A DNA stretch of 52,918 nucleotides. It comes from Gonapodya sp. JEL0774 (lineage: Eukaryota). The notes beneath the pieces are model-generated. The model did not search any database and was not told the origin of the DNA. It saw only the letters and a program-made list of their open reading frames with translations. Positions 33,900 through 45,840 of the stretch are shown piece by piece. How positions within the stretch are numbered: position 1 is the stretch's first letter; each line of letters starts with the position of its first letter. The translations under genes were made by a program, and so were the position numbers. The DNA is taken from NCBI GenBank assembly GCA_027604505.1, contig JADIIX010000035.1, forward strand, positions 124,001 through 176,918. The letters are read 5' to 3'.

Positions 33900-34372
33900 C
33901 AACATCATTGAAAAATACATTTGAGAAATTGACTATCTGTCCACGTCGAACCCCCCCCAATTCGCAATCCCTACTCAGGGTGGGCAGGTGGGCTGGGCGA
34001 CAAAAACAAGGATGAATGTTGAGACGAGTCGTCGACATAGAGAGCAAATCAAGTGACGTACCCTCTGAACTTTCCCGGGGTTGTGATTGGGGGCAGTTCA
34101 GCGCTTGCAACCAGGTCTTCGTCCGAGAGCACTCCTCCTTTGTAGTCCGAGAAAGTGTGTCGTTTCCATTCCACCTCGAAGTCTTCCTCATTGGAAAACT
34201 CTTTCGGTTCTTTGGATTCAGCGACCTTGGGTTCTTCTCCCCGTCTGGTGGTGAACTGTGGGGTAGTCTTCGCGGGAATCCCTCCCATGTAACGAGTAAT
34301 GCCCGATGAAGTAGGCGAGAGATTTCTCGAAACGGTTGTAAATTTGCGAGCGAAGAGGGTGATAAAAGACAT
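33900..34372 (-). CDS. Small hypothetical protein with mitochondrial-presequence-like N-terminus
   Basis: MSFITLFARKFTTVSRNLSPTSSGITRYMGG (R/S/T-rich, no acidic residues), then an acidic region and a donor gtacgt near 34055. The last exon is uncertain. Confidence 0.4.
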
Positions 34373-36043
34373 CGACTGTTTGGAGGCAGAACCAAAGCAC
34401 GAAAGCACGTGGTGAACGACTTTCGAGAAACGGAGCCCGAGGTCGACTTCAGGAGATTGGACTCTTACAGGTAATGCGAGGGAGGGCAGATGACAAGCAG
34501 CTAATATCAGAGGGACGGAGGAATCGGATTGGCACGTGCTCTTGGCTTATCTGATCGGACTTCGAGGCTCTTCCGCCGACGCGGGGGACAAACAAATGAG
34601 TGGATCGGAAAATGATACAGATCCAATCTCGCTGTGAGTTTTCATATTACATGATCAAAAGAATAGAAAAGATGGAAGAGTGCATAATTAAATGTAACAC
34701 CTCGGAATGTTCCTCAGGGTGTAAGCGCAGATATAAAGCACCAAGTGCAACACAACCTTCATTCAAGCGAGACACTTTTGCCCACAGTGACGAGTTGCTG
34801 AAGAACACGGACTATGTCCAGGCTTTTTGAAAAGAACAAAGTCAGAATCCAATGATTTCTCCTCATGTCTTCTGAATAAACACCGCAATGTTTCTGTTCG
34901 CGAAATATGCAGAAGCTGACTGTACATATCAGATCGAAAAATGCGATGAGCACACCACGAGAACCCTTGCGCACCCTTTACCATCAGTTTGTCCCATGAT
35001 ATCCACGGAAAATCTCTCGTTGCCAGCGATAACTTGTTTCCTCGTAGCTTTTCCTTTCCGACGGAGTTCAACAGATCTCCTCGTGTCTTCCGGGGACCTC
35101 TGTTACCGCTGCACATACACAAGAAAAAGACCATTTCATTGATTTTAAATTGGGATAACAAGAGTTGTTTCACGAGATGAAAGCTTCCGCCTCCTGCTCG
35201 GGCTCCAAAAAGTGTTCACCGTGACGCTCTCTGCCAATGCCCGGAGGGATCGACCGCCGAACACAACAGTTAAGCCTCCGACCCGAAAGTCCGAGGCAAG
35301 GCATAGGCGCTATCCCAAACCAGATTCGTGGCTGGGATACCAGCATCGTTATACTCAGAGACCCGGTCAACGACATTCGCAACTCATGCGCAGCCCTAAG
35401 AGCGAAGCCCGGACCCGATGTATTGACTACTGATACGAAGCACGAGCTCTTGCCGGAGAGGGAACGGGGCACATGCTGGGGAAAGCCCAAACCGGAACGT
35501 ATTTGCAGACGCCGGCTGCGGAGGGGAAGAGAGCAGAATGGAGTGGAAGGGAGCGGAAGAGAGGAAAGAGTGTTTGATGGGAGATTGAATGGCAAACAAT
35601 GTCACCGTACAGCCATAGAACGTTCAGGGAATTGGAGGAAGAAAGATGGACAAATTCAGAGCCAATATCGAGAGCGGGGAACATCCGTAGTGCATTCTCT
35701 TACCATCTCGTAAAGGAGAGCATGTATGCCAATCGCGATATCCGGCCGACGTTCAACTCTGAGAAATGTCACATGGTTTTGGTTGTCAGGATCGGCAGAA
35801 GATGGGTTTGTTGTAGGCGACCTCTTGCACCACCAGCGTATGCATTTATGGTTTCACACTTTTGAGCCGAGGACCCGTGAGTTCTGTCGTGCTCTTCATT
35901 TATGCTGCTGCAATTCCTTCTGTGTCTCATGGCGACAACCTGCGGGTGGAGGAAACGTTGTGGCTTCATCATACAATGTCTATTTGATTCCCCACACCCG
36001 ATTATGTGGAATAAAATATTAACCACCAATTGATTCCGTTTCC

Positions 36044-39000
36044 CTAGTTTACGACCTCACATTTCACGGCCAAGCATTCCTCCAACCTGTCGTCCTCATC
36101 ATTTATAAATACCAATGCCTCTACAATTGCGGGAGTGGCTCTTGGTGCAAACCTGAGGTGAATGTAGTGTGTTGCACCACCATCCATGCTCAGCTCGAGC
36201 TCTTTGAAACAAAGGAAATCCGGCTTGTTCGTACGGAGTGTGAACAGTTTGGGTGAAGGGTAAGGATTCGTGAAGCTCATACGCTGGGGGTGAGAAATGG
36301 AAGAACAGACACAGAACAGTGGGGCATTTTATGAGAATCAACCAAATGTGAGTGCACCAACCTTGCTCGAACTTCTGCCAACCTGCAACCGTACATCAAA
36401 AGACTTCGTCACTGTGGGCTCAAGACAATGACAAACAACCGACCAAGCAGCAACCAGTTGTCCAGATCCCACTTCGACGATATTTAACATGATTTCTTTG
36501 ACACCAACCGACTTTGGACGCGTAAGCACCTTAACTTCATTGAGCGCGTTGGCCGTGAGGATAAATGGACCCGCCGGGAGGGTCTGTGTCACCTCCAGGT
36601 TTAGTTACATTCCAAAGGTAAAACGTGCAGATAGAAAAACGTACTTTCAAATCTTCTGGCATAGTTGAAAAGCACTGAACTGTTCGCGAATACGAGGAGC
36701 CTCTGACAACCATTGTGGCAATATTTGTTTGGCCAAGGATGCAGTTCACGTCCATCCTTATGAGCGGATGCAGGTTGATCTGCCAACATTCCAGCAACGA
36801 GGTATGGTACGGATCGTCGTAGAATAGCAGGAAAAATCTTCGCACATTGGGGACCTTTGGGAAGCGGAATTTGAGAGATACTTCGTACGCGTTGTTGTTT
36901 TGCTGGATGAAATGTTACATCATGGTCTTTAGTAATGCACCTGAGCAGCTTTCGCACTCACACCGGATTCATTGAGCGAACACACAACGTCATCCGCGGT
37001 TGCAAACGCGTATTTCTTTGACGGATTCGCTGCGTCGTGGACGGTCGAAACTCGGTCTCCGGTGTCTTCGTCGGAACATTGATTCCATGTTGGGATGAAT
37101 TTGAGTGTCTTCCGGGATACCTCATTCTCAGCCTTGTAAAGTCTGATCGAGCGGTCGATGTGATGGTGCCGAGGTATTATCCGTACGTCCAGGATAGCGA
37201 TGGGTTTGTTGTGGTTGTTCAAAATCGATATCTACAAATGTATTCAGGATCAATAATTAATTCAAGTGCTCGGATTGGTAAAGACTCACTTTGATAGTAC
37301 GCGCTCTAATGGCAGCAACGTCGTCGTCCATTTGACCGAGATGTTCCATGGCCGGGCCAGGTCCATCAACAACGCGGTATCCGAATCTGGTCGCTCGTTC
37401 TTCATTCTCGCCATGAGATGCTCTTCTCATGTGACTTTCGGTGAGTGGTTCTGTATCCACATTCCTACCTGTGAGAAGACTTTGGAACACAAATGGGACT
37501 GATACCGTTTCATTTGGCATCAGAAACACCTGTCCATTTCCGTCCTTGGGCCTCAGCCGGAGAAAATTCTCCTCCACGGATGATGGTATGCCGTGAACTC
37601 GTCGAAGATACCGCCATTTAGCGGAGTCTGCAACGACGTGGAGTTCTTCGTCTTCGAAAGACACGGTGAAGGTGTGTTCGACGGCATAAGGGTTGGTGAA
37701 TAGGAACTCGAAGAAGTAGCCCCGAGCAAAAGAGGCGTAGATTGAATGGTGTGAAGTGATGCTCTTTTCTAGTGACGAAGATATCGCACCGGGTTTCGCT
37801 CTTGAGAAGCATCAAGTTATATTCTGGGACTCTGGCAGGATAAACTTTTCATGCTCACCTGTCACGAAAAACGGATATTGTTTGCATGTCCCGCTGCCGC
37901 TCCTGCCTTGTAGAACAGTATGAGAACTCAAGCTTCCAAGTAAGAAGTTCGAAATTTCTCATAAGCTGTATGGCATAATCCAGTACACCAAAACTAATGG
38001 TGCCAACCTACCCCACCAGACTGCCCTTTCATATCCAGGACCAAACCTTCCTGGACAAACCACTCTTTCGCTTTAGAAGCTTTTCTCCTCGACTCCTCTT
38101 CAGAGTCCATTGGTTCTCTCTTTGTACCGTCCTCGTGAACACGGTGGCTCTGGCGCACAAGTGCGCGCTCCTCCATGGAACGACGGAGGAGGGCCTGCAA
38201 CTCAGGATTTGTATCTAAAACCTTTCAAGTTCCGGTAATACTATCAAATTCGAGCGGTAACCAGACCTCAAAACGCGGCCAGTTTGTCATTCACCTTGAG
38301 CGCCAGCACTCTTGTTCCCTCTTGCAGCCTCCGTGACCTCAATCCATCTCTAAAATCTCTCGCCACAACGTCTCTCTTTCTTGTCGCTTCCATGGCACTC
38401 TGTACTGACAACCCTAGGTCTGGTCGTGCGACATTGGTGAGCAGTAGATGAAGCTTTCCGATAGTGCGATACCGATCTAAGTAGGAATAGGGGTCCGCGG
38501 GGTGAGTGACAGCGCCAGTAGAACCACGGTCATCGGGTGGCTGAACGCAGCGTCAAAATTAGTCAAAATTCACATTTCAACCGTAATTCATGGTCACAAC
38601 GACCCACCTCCGCTGCAAGTACATCCACATCCAATGTCCCTCTCACAGCACTTCTGCCTTCGAGCATCAATCCTCTCAGTGGTACACAAGCCTGTCCAAG
38701 GTATGTCCCCGAATCAGGGTCGAAGAGGTCGACCGACATAGTCGATCGAGCTAGGTATCGGAAAAAAGGCAGCCCTGGGGGCGCATTTGGGGAATCAGAT
38801 GAGCTGGCGTGTGTCGGATCTACGAGGTGCACGAAGGTGAGGCCCGCAGGTCGCGAGACTTGTTGTTCGCATAGTAAAGTCAGGACCACTATGATAACCA
38901 CCGATAATGCACAAACTCACAATCCGGTACCCCTTCTTTGTCGGTTCTCCAAAGTATACCTGGCCATTCCTCACCATCTTCCGGATCCTGTTCCCAATGT

Positions 39001-42000
39001 CCATTATCTCTTCCCTTCACAATTCGTCCAAAGTGGTCCTTGCTTTTGTTCGCCCCAATCGCCCCTGTCCACACGCATGCCCTCTCACTCGTGACGGCCG
39101 CAGTATCCCAAAACTGATGTACAAGCCTCACTTTTCTCACTTTCCAACTCAAGCCATCGTCGCACTCCTCAGTCCATGTCACTCCTGCATAAGTGATCCA
39201 TATCTCTTGCATGATCACTTCCTCCTTTGTGGGGTTCGCCCGCCTCGTTAGATCGTCTACCGCGACAACAACAGGTGGGCGATTAAGGCTTGGGGTCGGG
39301 AACTCTGCGAGATGCAAGCGGGCACGCTCAGTTCGGGAAATTGGGCAGTGCGAAACAGGAAGAGGCAGCGGTATCGGGCGAACGACAGGATGTCGGTCAC
39401 AGAGGGGTGACGGATTGGGAGTTGTGGAGAAAGTCGGGGTCCGAAGGCGTGGGACGAGCGACGCAGAAGACGATGACCGCGCCCGGCTAGGCGGAGGTGG
39501 GTTGGGTGGTTCTGGTGGTGGTGGTTGTGGCTGCCAGGAGGGTTCCTCCATGGGAGCTGGTACAGGAATCTCAGCAGGGGGAACCACAATCCCGTCTCCT
39601 TTTGCCTCGAATGCCACAACAACCGGTCGATCCGGCGCGGTGACGCCGGTAATACCGAGGTGGGCAGCACGCGAACCTGCACCCAATCCCCCTTCACTAT
39701 TAACATCTCTTTCAGGAGAGAGTTCGTTGGGAGGAGGACAGAATGCCATGTGGGAGCCAAACGGGTTGACCGATGGCTGAGGAGGGTGCGTCAGGGCAAG
39801 GAGACGAACTGGACCCGGGCGAACTATATATACAAGAACGCATATCGATCATTCTTTTTTGTTTTCTCAACTCACCTTCCCCAGCTGCTCCGGCTTCAGG
39901 AGTCCACCATGCCCAACCTAGATCCACCGTGCGCTCACAAAGTACCTTGCTCATCTCTTTACCCCTCACTGTTCCTTCAGAGTCCCTCGTGCCTACAATT
40001 CCTTTTTCTCTGTCCACATCGACTTCGATATCCATCTCCACCATGATTCCAACTACAACAACGCATCTCGGATCCCCGAGAACAACGGGCAACACGATCT
40101 GGCCTCCGAATTCGTACCATCCCTCGACCGTCACTGAGGGAGCGAGCGAAACGCGAGCAGGCGGAGCCAGCCAGCAGTGTCCGTTGTGAGTACCAAGACA
40201 GAGGGTGTGGGACAGGATGCGGGATAACGGAGGAGGTACATTTTGGGGTGGAGTGGCTGGGAGCCCGAGCGAGGTTCGAACAGCGGACGCGACTGACAAG
40301 AGGAGGAGAGAGTGGAAGGCAGCAGGAGTGGGGTGGAGGGCGAGGCGAAGCTTCGGAAAATCAGAGATCAGTTTGGAAAAGCAAGATCCAAACAGCAGAG
40401 TCATGGAAGGACGAAGGGGGGAGGGAGCTCACCTTCCCAATACTAGCCTCACTCCATTCTTCTTTCTTCCACGCCACCGCCCTTCCCAGTTGATCAATTA
40501 CTCCCACGACCCCTCCCACGGGCTCGTTTGCTTCCATAAACTCCCACCCTTGGATGGACGAAGTCAAGCCCCCGGCGACCAAATCTGGACGACACGCGAG
40601 GGTATACCCAACAGCAGCTGTGGGTATGGTTGCCGCGGGCGGGTTAGGGATCGGGGTGTGGAGAAGAAGGAGGAGGCGTGGGGTACCAGAGTGAAGGGGC
40701 AGGCTAGGGGCGGTGTGCGACACAAGGGGGATCTTAGGCGTGTATTCTGAGGCGTGGCAGACATCTTGTCGCTCACTTGCCGACCACCGTTTTGAGGCCA
40801 CATTCGCGCTCGCGATCTTGAGCATCGTTTCCAAGCCTATACTCTTGTCCTTCCGAGCCCATGTCCAGCCCCCCTCTGGCAGGTTCAAAGACAGGTAAGA
40901 GGGACCAGCCAGCAGAGACAATGAGCGGTGTGCTGGACGCCAATGAATGGACTGTGTAGTTGTAGGGGGAAGTGCAAGGAGGAGGCGGCAAAAGGCGGTT
41001 TTCATACTTGACGTTGCTCAGATCAGGCCGCCATAGCTTGAGCTTACCAGTTACGATGGTTTCCACCACTACCATAAGCGACGAAGATCTGGAAGGTGTG
41101 TGGAAGAAGAGGGTCTGAGAATGTTGCGTGAGAGTGGTTGCAGAGAGCAAACGGAGCGTGAGGAGCGAATGGGGTGGATGAAGTGAGATTAAGGACAACT
41201 TAATGAGCCGAATAAACAGCTGACAGCTAATTTCTCCGTTCCGAGATGGTGCTTCTGTACTTATTCCACCTTCATCTCCACGAGTGATACTCGCTACTCA
41301 GAATCTTGGAACACGTCAATCTTGTCAGAGTCTTATCTTTTCCTCTCAAACATAGTAGACTTTTGGGTCTCTTCCAGGAAGTGTTCCGGCACTAGCACTC
41401 CAGTACCAAATCACATCCTGCTAGCGAGGCCACGTGCGACAACTGTATGTTGGCAGGTGAGTTTCATTTCAGCTGCACCACTAAGAGTATCGCGAGCTTC
41501 CCAGCCCAGCTGCCCACTTTCCTTTTTGGTTTCCTCCTGGGTTCCAACTCGCCATCTCCCAAGGAAGTCCACACATTCACGAAACGGAGTACTCACGCAA
41601 TCAGTCTCAACCGTAATCCTTCTCCCTGATATCCCAATCGCCAGAGCCGAGAGCTTCCCAGCTGCAGCTCGATCCGGATCTGTTGGTGTGCCATCCAAGT
41701 TTTCCAACGATGAGGAAGCTGAAGAGGAGGAACCATCATCATCCTGCCCATCGATATTAACTCGACGTGATTTTTGGTTTGCGAGGTTTGGCAAGCGCTT
41801 GGTACCATTGATTGCCCCGTTTGCTCGATTCCTGGATTGTTCTGCGACATCCTGACACCCGACCGCTCGGCACGTCCTCCCAAAAAAGCGTCCAGATTCC
41901 GAGTCAAACCACGATACCGCGAAGGAAATCGCGATTCGTGGAGGTGAAGTGGACTGTGTGGACAGTTGCAGTGCAGAGTCAGGGATCAAGGGAGGAATTG

Positions 42001-42154
42001 GCACTGACAATATCGCGGAGAGGGAGAGAGAGAATGCAGAGAGGAGTGGCGAGGCAACTAGAGGAGATTCAGCTGCAGCTGCAACAACGGACGGTGGCGG
42101 AGGAATCAGCGACCCTGCCAGGCGTGCATGGTGAGCGGCCCAAGTGACGCTCAT
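36044..42154 (-). CDS. NPHP4: Nephrocystin-4 (ciliary transition-zone protein), multi-exon
   Basis: N-terminal FAVSWFDSESGRFFGRT; central FFRYLARSTMSVDLFD..SGTYLGQACVPLRGL; YFFEFLFTNPY; VFLMPNETVSVPFVFQS; FFLLFYDDPY...LLECWQINLH; C-terminal SFTNPY....FTLRT..PD.L.F....IHLRFAP...LVFINDEDDRLEECL. All are characteristic of NPHP4. Confidence 0.9.
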
Positions 42155-42491
42155 TGAGTCCGAAACCGTTACGGGAAAGTAGTGGAAATGAGAATGAATT
42201 CGAGACACCAGCAATTAATTCTTCAGAACTTGGTTGATTTGAAAATGTATGGAATGATGTAGTCTGGTTTGACAGACGTTCTCGGGCTGGCAGACTCAAG
42301 GTCCCATGTTCCAGGTGAACACTGTAAAACCAGCCTGGGAATGATAGCACCCCACCACAAAAACAAAGATAGTATCATAGGGGTGGTAATACGCGGAGTT
42401 AATACATTTCTGTGAGGTTGTAAATTTGGGCAGCAAACACAGTTCACCCAAAAAAAACCAAACCCACACAATCAACATGAACCACCAAAAA

Positions 42492-43913
42492 TCAAACTGA
42501 ATCCTGTACAACACAAACACCTCTCCCCCACATATCATCCCGCCTCACATCCCTCCGACCTCGCAATTTCCAAAATGGAGTCCCTTGCAGCCACTCTCCA
42601 GATTCGACAGAGTCCCGTTCGTATATGACACCGATATTGAGGTAGCTCCGGTGAAAGTACGGTCTCCCCACGTGTCGCAGACGCGGCATGAGATGCCAAT
42701 TGCATCGAAGCCACGATTCAAACATGGCTTCATCCATGCTGTCGGCTCCAATGTAAAGGTACTCCAAGCGGCGACCATAACGAGCGATTGCAGCGAGGGC
42801 ATGTGTTGGGGGAAGTCCATTGGGGCATTTGCTCATTGTGATTACTCGCAAGAATGGATTCGCCTCCAAAATACGCTCAAAGGCGCTGGTCAGGTTGTGG
42901 GCTGGTCGGCCGTCAGTCCCAGCGAGCGGCGCAAAGGGCCATGTCTCCAACCCGCCAAACGCTTCAAATTTCAAAACTTCAATAGTACCGCGGCCAGCCA
43001 AGTTCTTTACAGCAGAGATGTCACCAAGTATGCTTGTAGGGGACTCAGGAAACAGGAATGTGCGCAGGCCCGGCATTCGCGAGAGCCAGGCACTTGAGCA
43101 AGGGGCCTTCTTCAACGTGGTTCCCCGAAGCTCTGCCAGTGCCGCCAAGTGTCCTTCACGCATTCCGATACCATGCAAAAAATCGACGGACTCCAGGTTC
43201 GGCAAGATTGTGAGCATCCGTCGAAACTGCGGGAGGGACATCTCCGCAGCAGTTTGAAAATATCTGAGCGCTTGGAGCCTTGGCATCAAAGCTTCGACTT
43301 GCTCAATGTACATAGTTCGTACGCTGTCTCGTGGGGCCCCAAATCCCACCCTCTCTAGTCGGCTGATGTTGACATCCGGATGAAGCAACGGCGCCAAGTC
43401 CATCGCATTGCCATCCGGGTCGGGGCATAGAAATACACCCCGCAATCGGCTTATAAGAGCATGTTGATTCTTCCACAGCCGCGAGGGCATAGCGAGCTCA
43501 GTGAGATTTGGGCAATATTGGGCAAGCTGCATCACTGATGGATGATCAATCTGCGGGGCATAAAGATACCGAAGACCCGCGAGCGGAGTTACCGCTAGCA
43601 ATTCTCGCAGTGCATGATGATCGGAGGCGCCATTCGTTTGAACTAATTGTAGGTCCACTTCCCTAACTGATCCCTTGTCCCTGTCCAATCCCATTCGCTT
43701 CCACCACGACAGAATTTTGGTGATGCCTTTGACGCCATTAATTGAGCGCGGCCGTATGACACGCACGAGCTCACAAGCGGCGATGTTGTCCCATTCGCGA
43801 GACACGAGTCTGAGAGTGCACAGAGATCGCGCATCGCATTCTCTTCCCAGATGGAAAGCAATGAGGTAGAAAAGATCGGACGGGAGGTCGTGAGAGCCAC
43901 TGTGAGTGTTCAT
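42492..43913 (-). CDS. F-box protein with degenerate LRR (RNI-like) region, apparently intronless
   Basis: DLPSDLFYLIAFHL....SLCTLRLVSREWDNIA (F-box) is followed by LRR-like segments (LAQYCPNLTEL, ILPNLESVDF, ANPFLRVITMSKC, YGRRLEYLYI). The likely start is ATG 43913 rather than the ORF-track start. Confidence 0.75.
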   Translation of the reverse strand: MNTHSGSHDLPSDLFYLIAFHLGRECDARSLCTLRLVSREWDNIAACELVRVIRPRSINGVKGITKILSWWKRMGLDRDKGSVREVDLQLVQTNGASDHHALRELLAVTPLAGLRYLYAPQIDHPSVMQLAQYCPNLTELAMPSRLWKNQHALISRLRGVFLCPDPDGNAMDLAPLLHPDVNISRLERVGFGAPRDSVRTMYIEQVEALMPRLQALRYFQTAAEMSLPQFRRMLTILPNLESVDFLHGIGMREGHLAALAELRGTTLKKAPCSSAWLSRMPGLRTFLFPESPTSILGDISAVKNLAGRGTIEVLKFEAFGGLETWPFAPLAGTDGRPAHNLTSAFERILEANPFLRVITMSKCPNGLPPTHALAAIARYGRRLEYLYIGADSMDEAMFESWLRCNWHLMPRLRHVGRPYFHRSYLNIGVIYERDSVESGEWLQGTPFWKLRGRRDVRRDDMWGRGVCVVQDSV

Positions 43914-44094
43914 GAGGCAGGAATGGCTGTTGCTGGGGTGTGCGACCGAGTTATTTCTAAGGGAATTGCGGGTCAGGTTGGGGAGTCTGGGGGATTTTGA
44001 TGTCTGCACGGCATGGGGCTGTCGACAGACTGTGGGGAGTCGGCTAACACCACCGACCGTTCCATTCCCGAATTCATCTCCAAATTCTATCAAC

Positions 44095-45508
44095 ATGGAT
44101 CGCCTCTCCAGCCTCTTAACCACTGCTTCCGAGAGTACAGGACTATCAAAGCCCGTCATCGCATTGGGGTTGGGCTCTATTCTCGCAGGCGCGCTGTATT
44201 CATTCGGCGCCAAATCCAAAAAAATTCACTCGGGAAAGGGCTTGACGGCCCTCGTGACAGGATGTGATACAGGTGAGAATGTTGAGAGTAGCGTGGCTAC
44301 TTAATCGAATGTGAGATCACGAAAACATGGCATATGACAGGTTTTGGACCAATGATTGCCATCCAACTCTCCCAGAAGGGATTCACCGTATACGCTGGTT
44401 GTCTCACTAACGATGGTATAAGCCGACTCAATGCCCTTGGTATTCCGAACCTGAAGCCGGTTTTGGTGGGCAAGTGCGCGATTGGATCAACAGCAACAGC
44501 GGAAAGTTGATCAATTTCATTCAAACCAGATGGACGTAACGCGGGACGACCACGTAAAAGCAGTAAGGGAACGTGTCGAGAAAGAGTCGCCGGAAGGTCT
44601 CTACTGTTTAGTCAACAACGCCGGTGTAGTTTCCGCCTACAAGTGGGAACTGTCACCTCTCGACGCTGTGAGGAGAGACGTGGAAGTTAATGTGAGTGTT
44701 TCTGAAGATAAATTTATTCCAATATTGATTTGCAAACGATCTTTTTATGCAGTACCTTGGTGTGGTTCGAGTGTGCAAGGAGTTTCTCCCTCTCCTCCGC
44801 GTATTCTCCCGCAGAGTCCAAACCGGTGCCGTCAACTCTCCCAAGCCCCGCATTGTGACTATCTCGTCGGCTGCAGGGACACAGAGGTCGACTCCCCTGG
44901 GTGAGTTGTTACTGTTGGGAGAATATGGCTTGTGACTGAGGGCGCAATGACGATGTTAGGATCCTACATGGCCTCCAAGCACGCTCTGCAAGCATTTTCT
45001 GGAACGCTGCGGCAGGAGATCAAACGTCAGGGTATCTTATACTCATCAATTGAGCCAGTGAGTCGATGGTCTGTCCAGCTATCTCTCATCCCAACCTCAA
45101 CCTCACCCCCCAATTGCAAGTTCGTCTGCGAAACCCCTATTGTCACCGAAAACGCCAGCTCTCAGAAGAAAATCGATTACATCGTTGGGAGTAACAGCAA
45201 AGAGGTGTTGGACGTCTACGGAGGGGAGAAGGAGATCAGACGGCGCATGGCGCTGAACGGAATCCACACGCGAGTCACGAGCATGCTGCCTCCGCAAATG
45301 GTGGTTACGGAAGTCCTGGAGCAGACGCAACTTGTGAGTTCTGAGAATACCGTTTGTTTTCCTCTTCCCCGCTCACCAAGGCGTACAGTATGTCCCTGGG
45401 TTTCATGTCCCTGTTGGTTTTGGCGCGAAGCTCTTGATATTTATGACCAATTACTTGCCAGCGTGGTTCATGGACGATCTCGCACTCTCGAATGAGGACG
45501 CAGCATAA
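44095..45508 (+). CDS. Short-chain dehydrogenase/reductase, RDH/17beta-HSD6-like (SDR9C type) with N-terminal membrane anchor
   Basis: ALVTGCDTG|FG, GFTVYAGCL, MDVT, GLYCLVNNAGV, EVN|YLG, RIVTISS, catalytic YMASK, IEP. Confidence 0.92.
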
Positions 45509-45840
45509 CACATCATGCTGTTGTGATGATAGATGATGTAGTAGAATAGATTAATCTAATTCTTTTCCTTTGCCGAAAATGGTCCTTTTTTTTGATGTGA
45601 AGCAAGGATTGCCCCGATGATTCATAATGGACCCCACTGCCGAAAGGCACATAACCTCACCATCACTTTCATCTCCGCTCTCAATTTTCCTGTGCAGAGC
45701 CCCGTTGGTCTCAATCTGTCCTTAAGGCATCACCAAGGATTTGCATTCCAATCCCGACATATTCTTCGACTGTGTCGGGATAAGCTCGGTGGCTTGTGGC
45801 TTCTTCCCTGCTCCCTTCCCCTCCATCACGTGAAATCATC

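Noticed and set aside
34600..36030. Overlapping short ORFs or a possible ncRNA between the small mitochondrial-like ORF and NPHP4
   Set aside because: I could not support any protein motif, tRNA/rRNA/snRNA signature or hairpin.
43914..44219. Antisense coding overlap between the F-box ORF 5' extension and the SDR first exon
   Set aside because: The F-box motif begins right after ATG 43913. The extension starts at a non-ATG codon and is best read as a ~180-bp divergent promoter plus SDR antisense.
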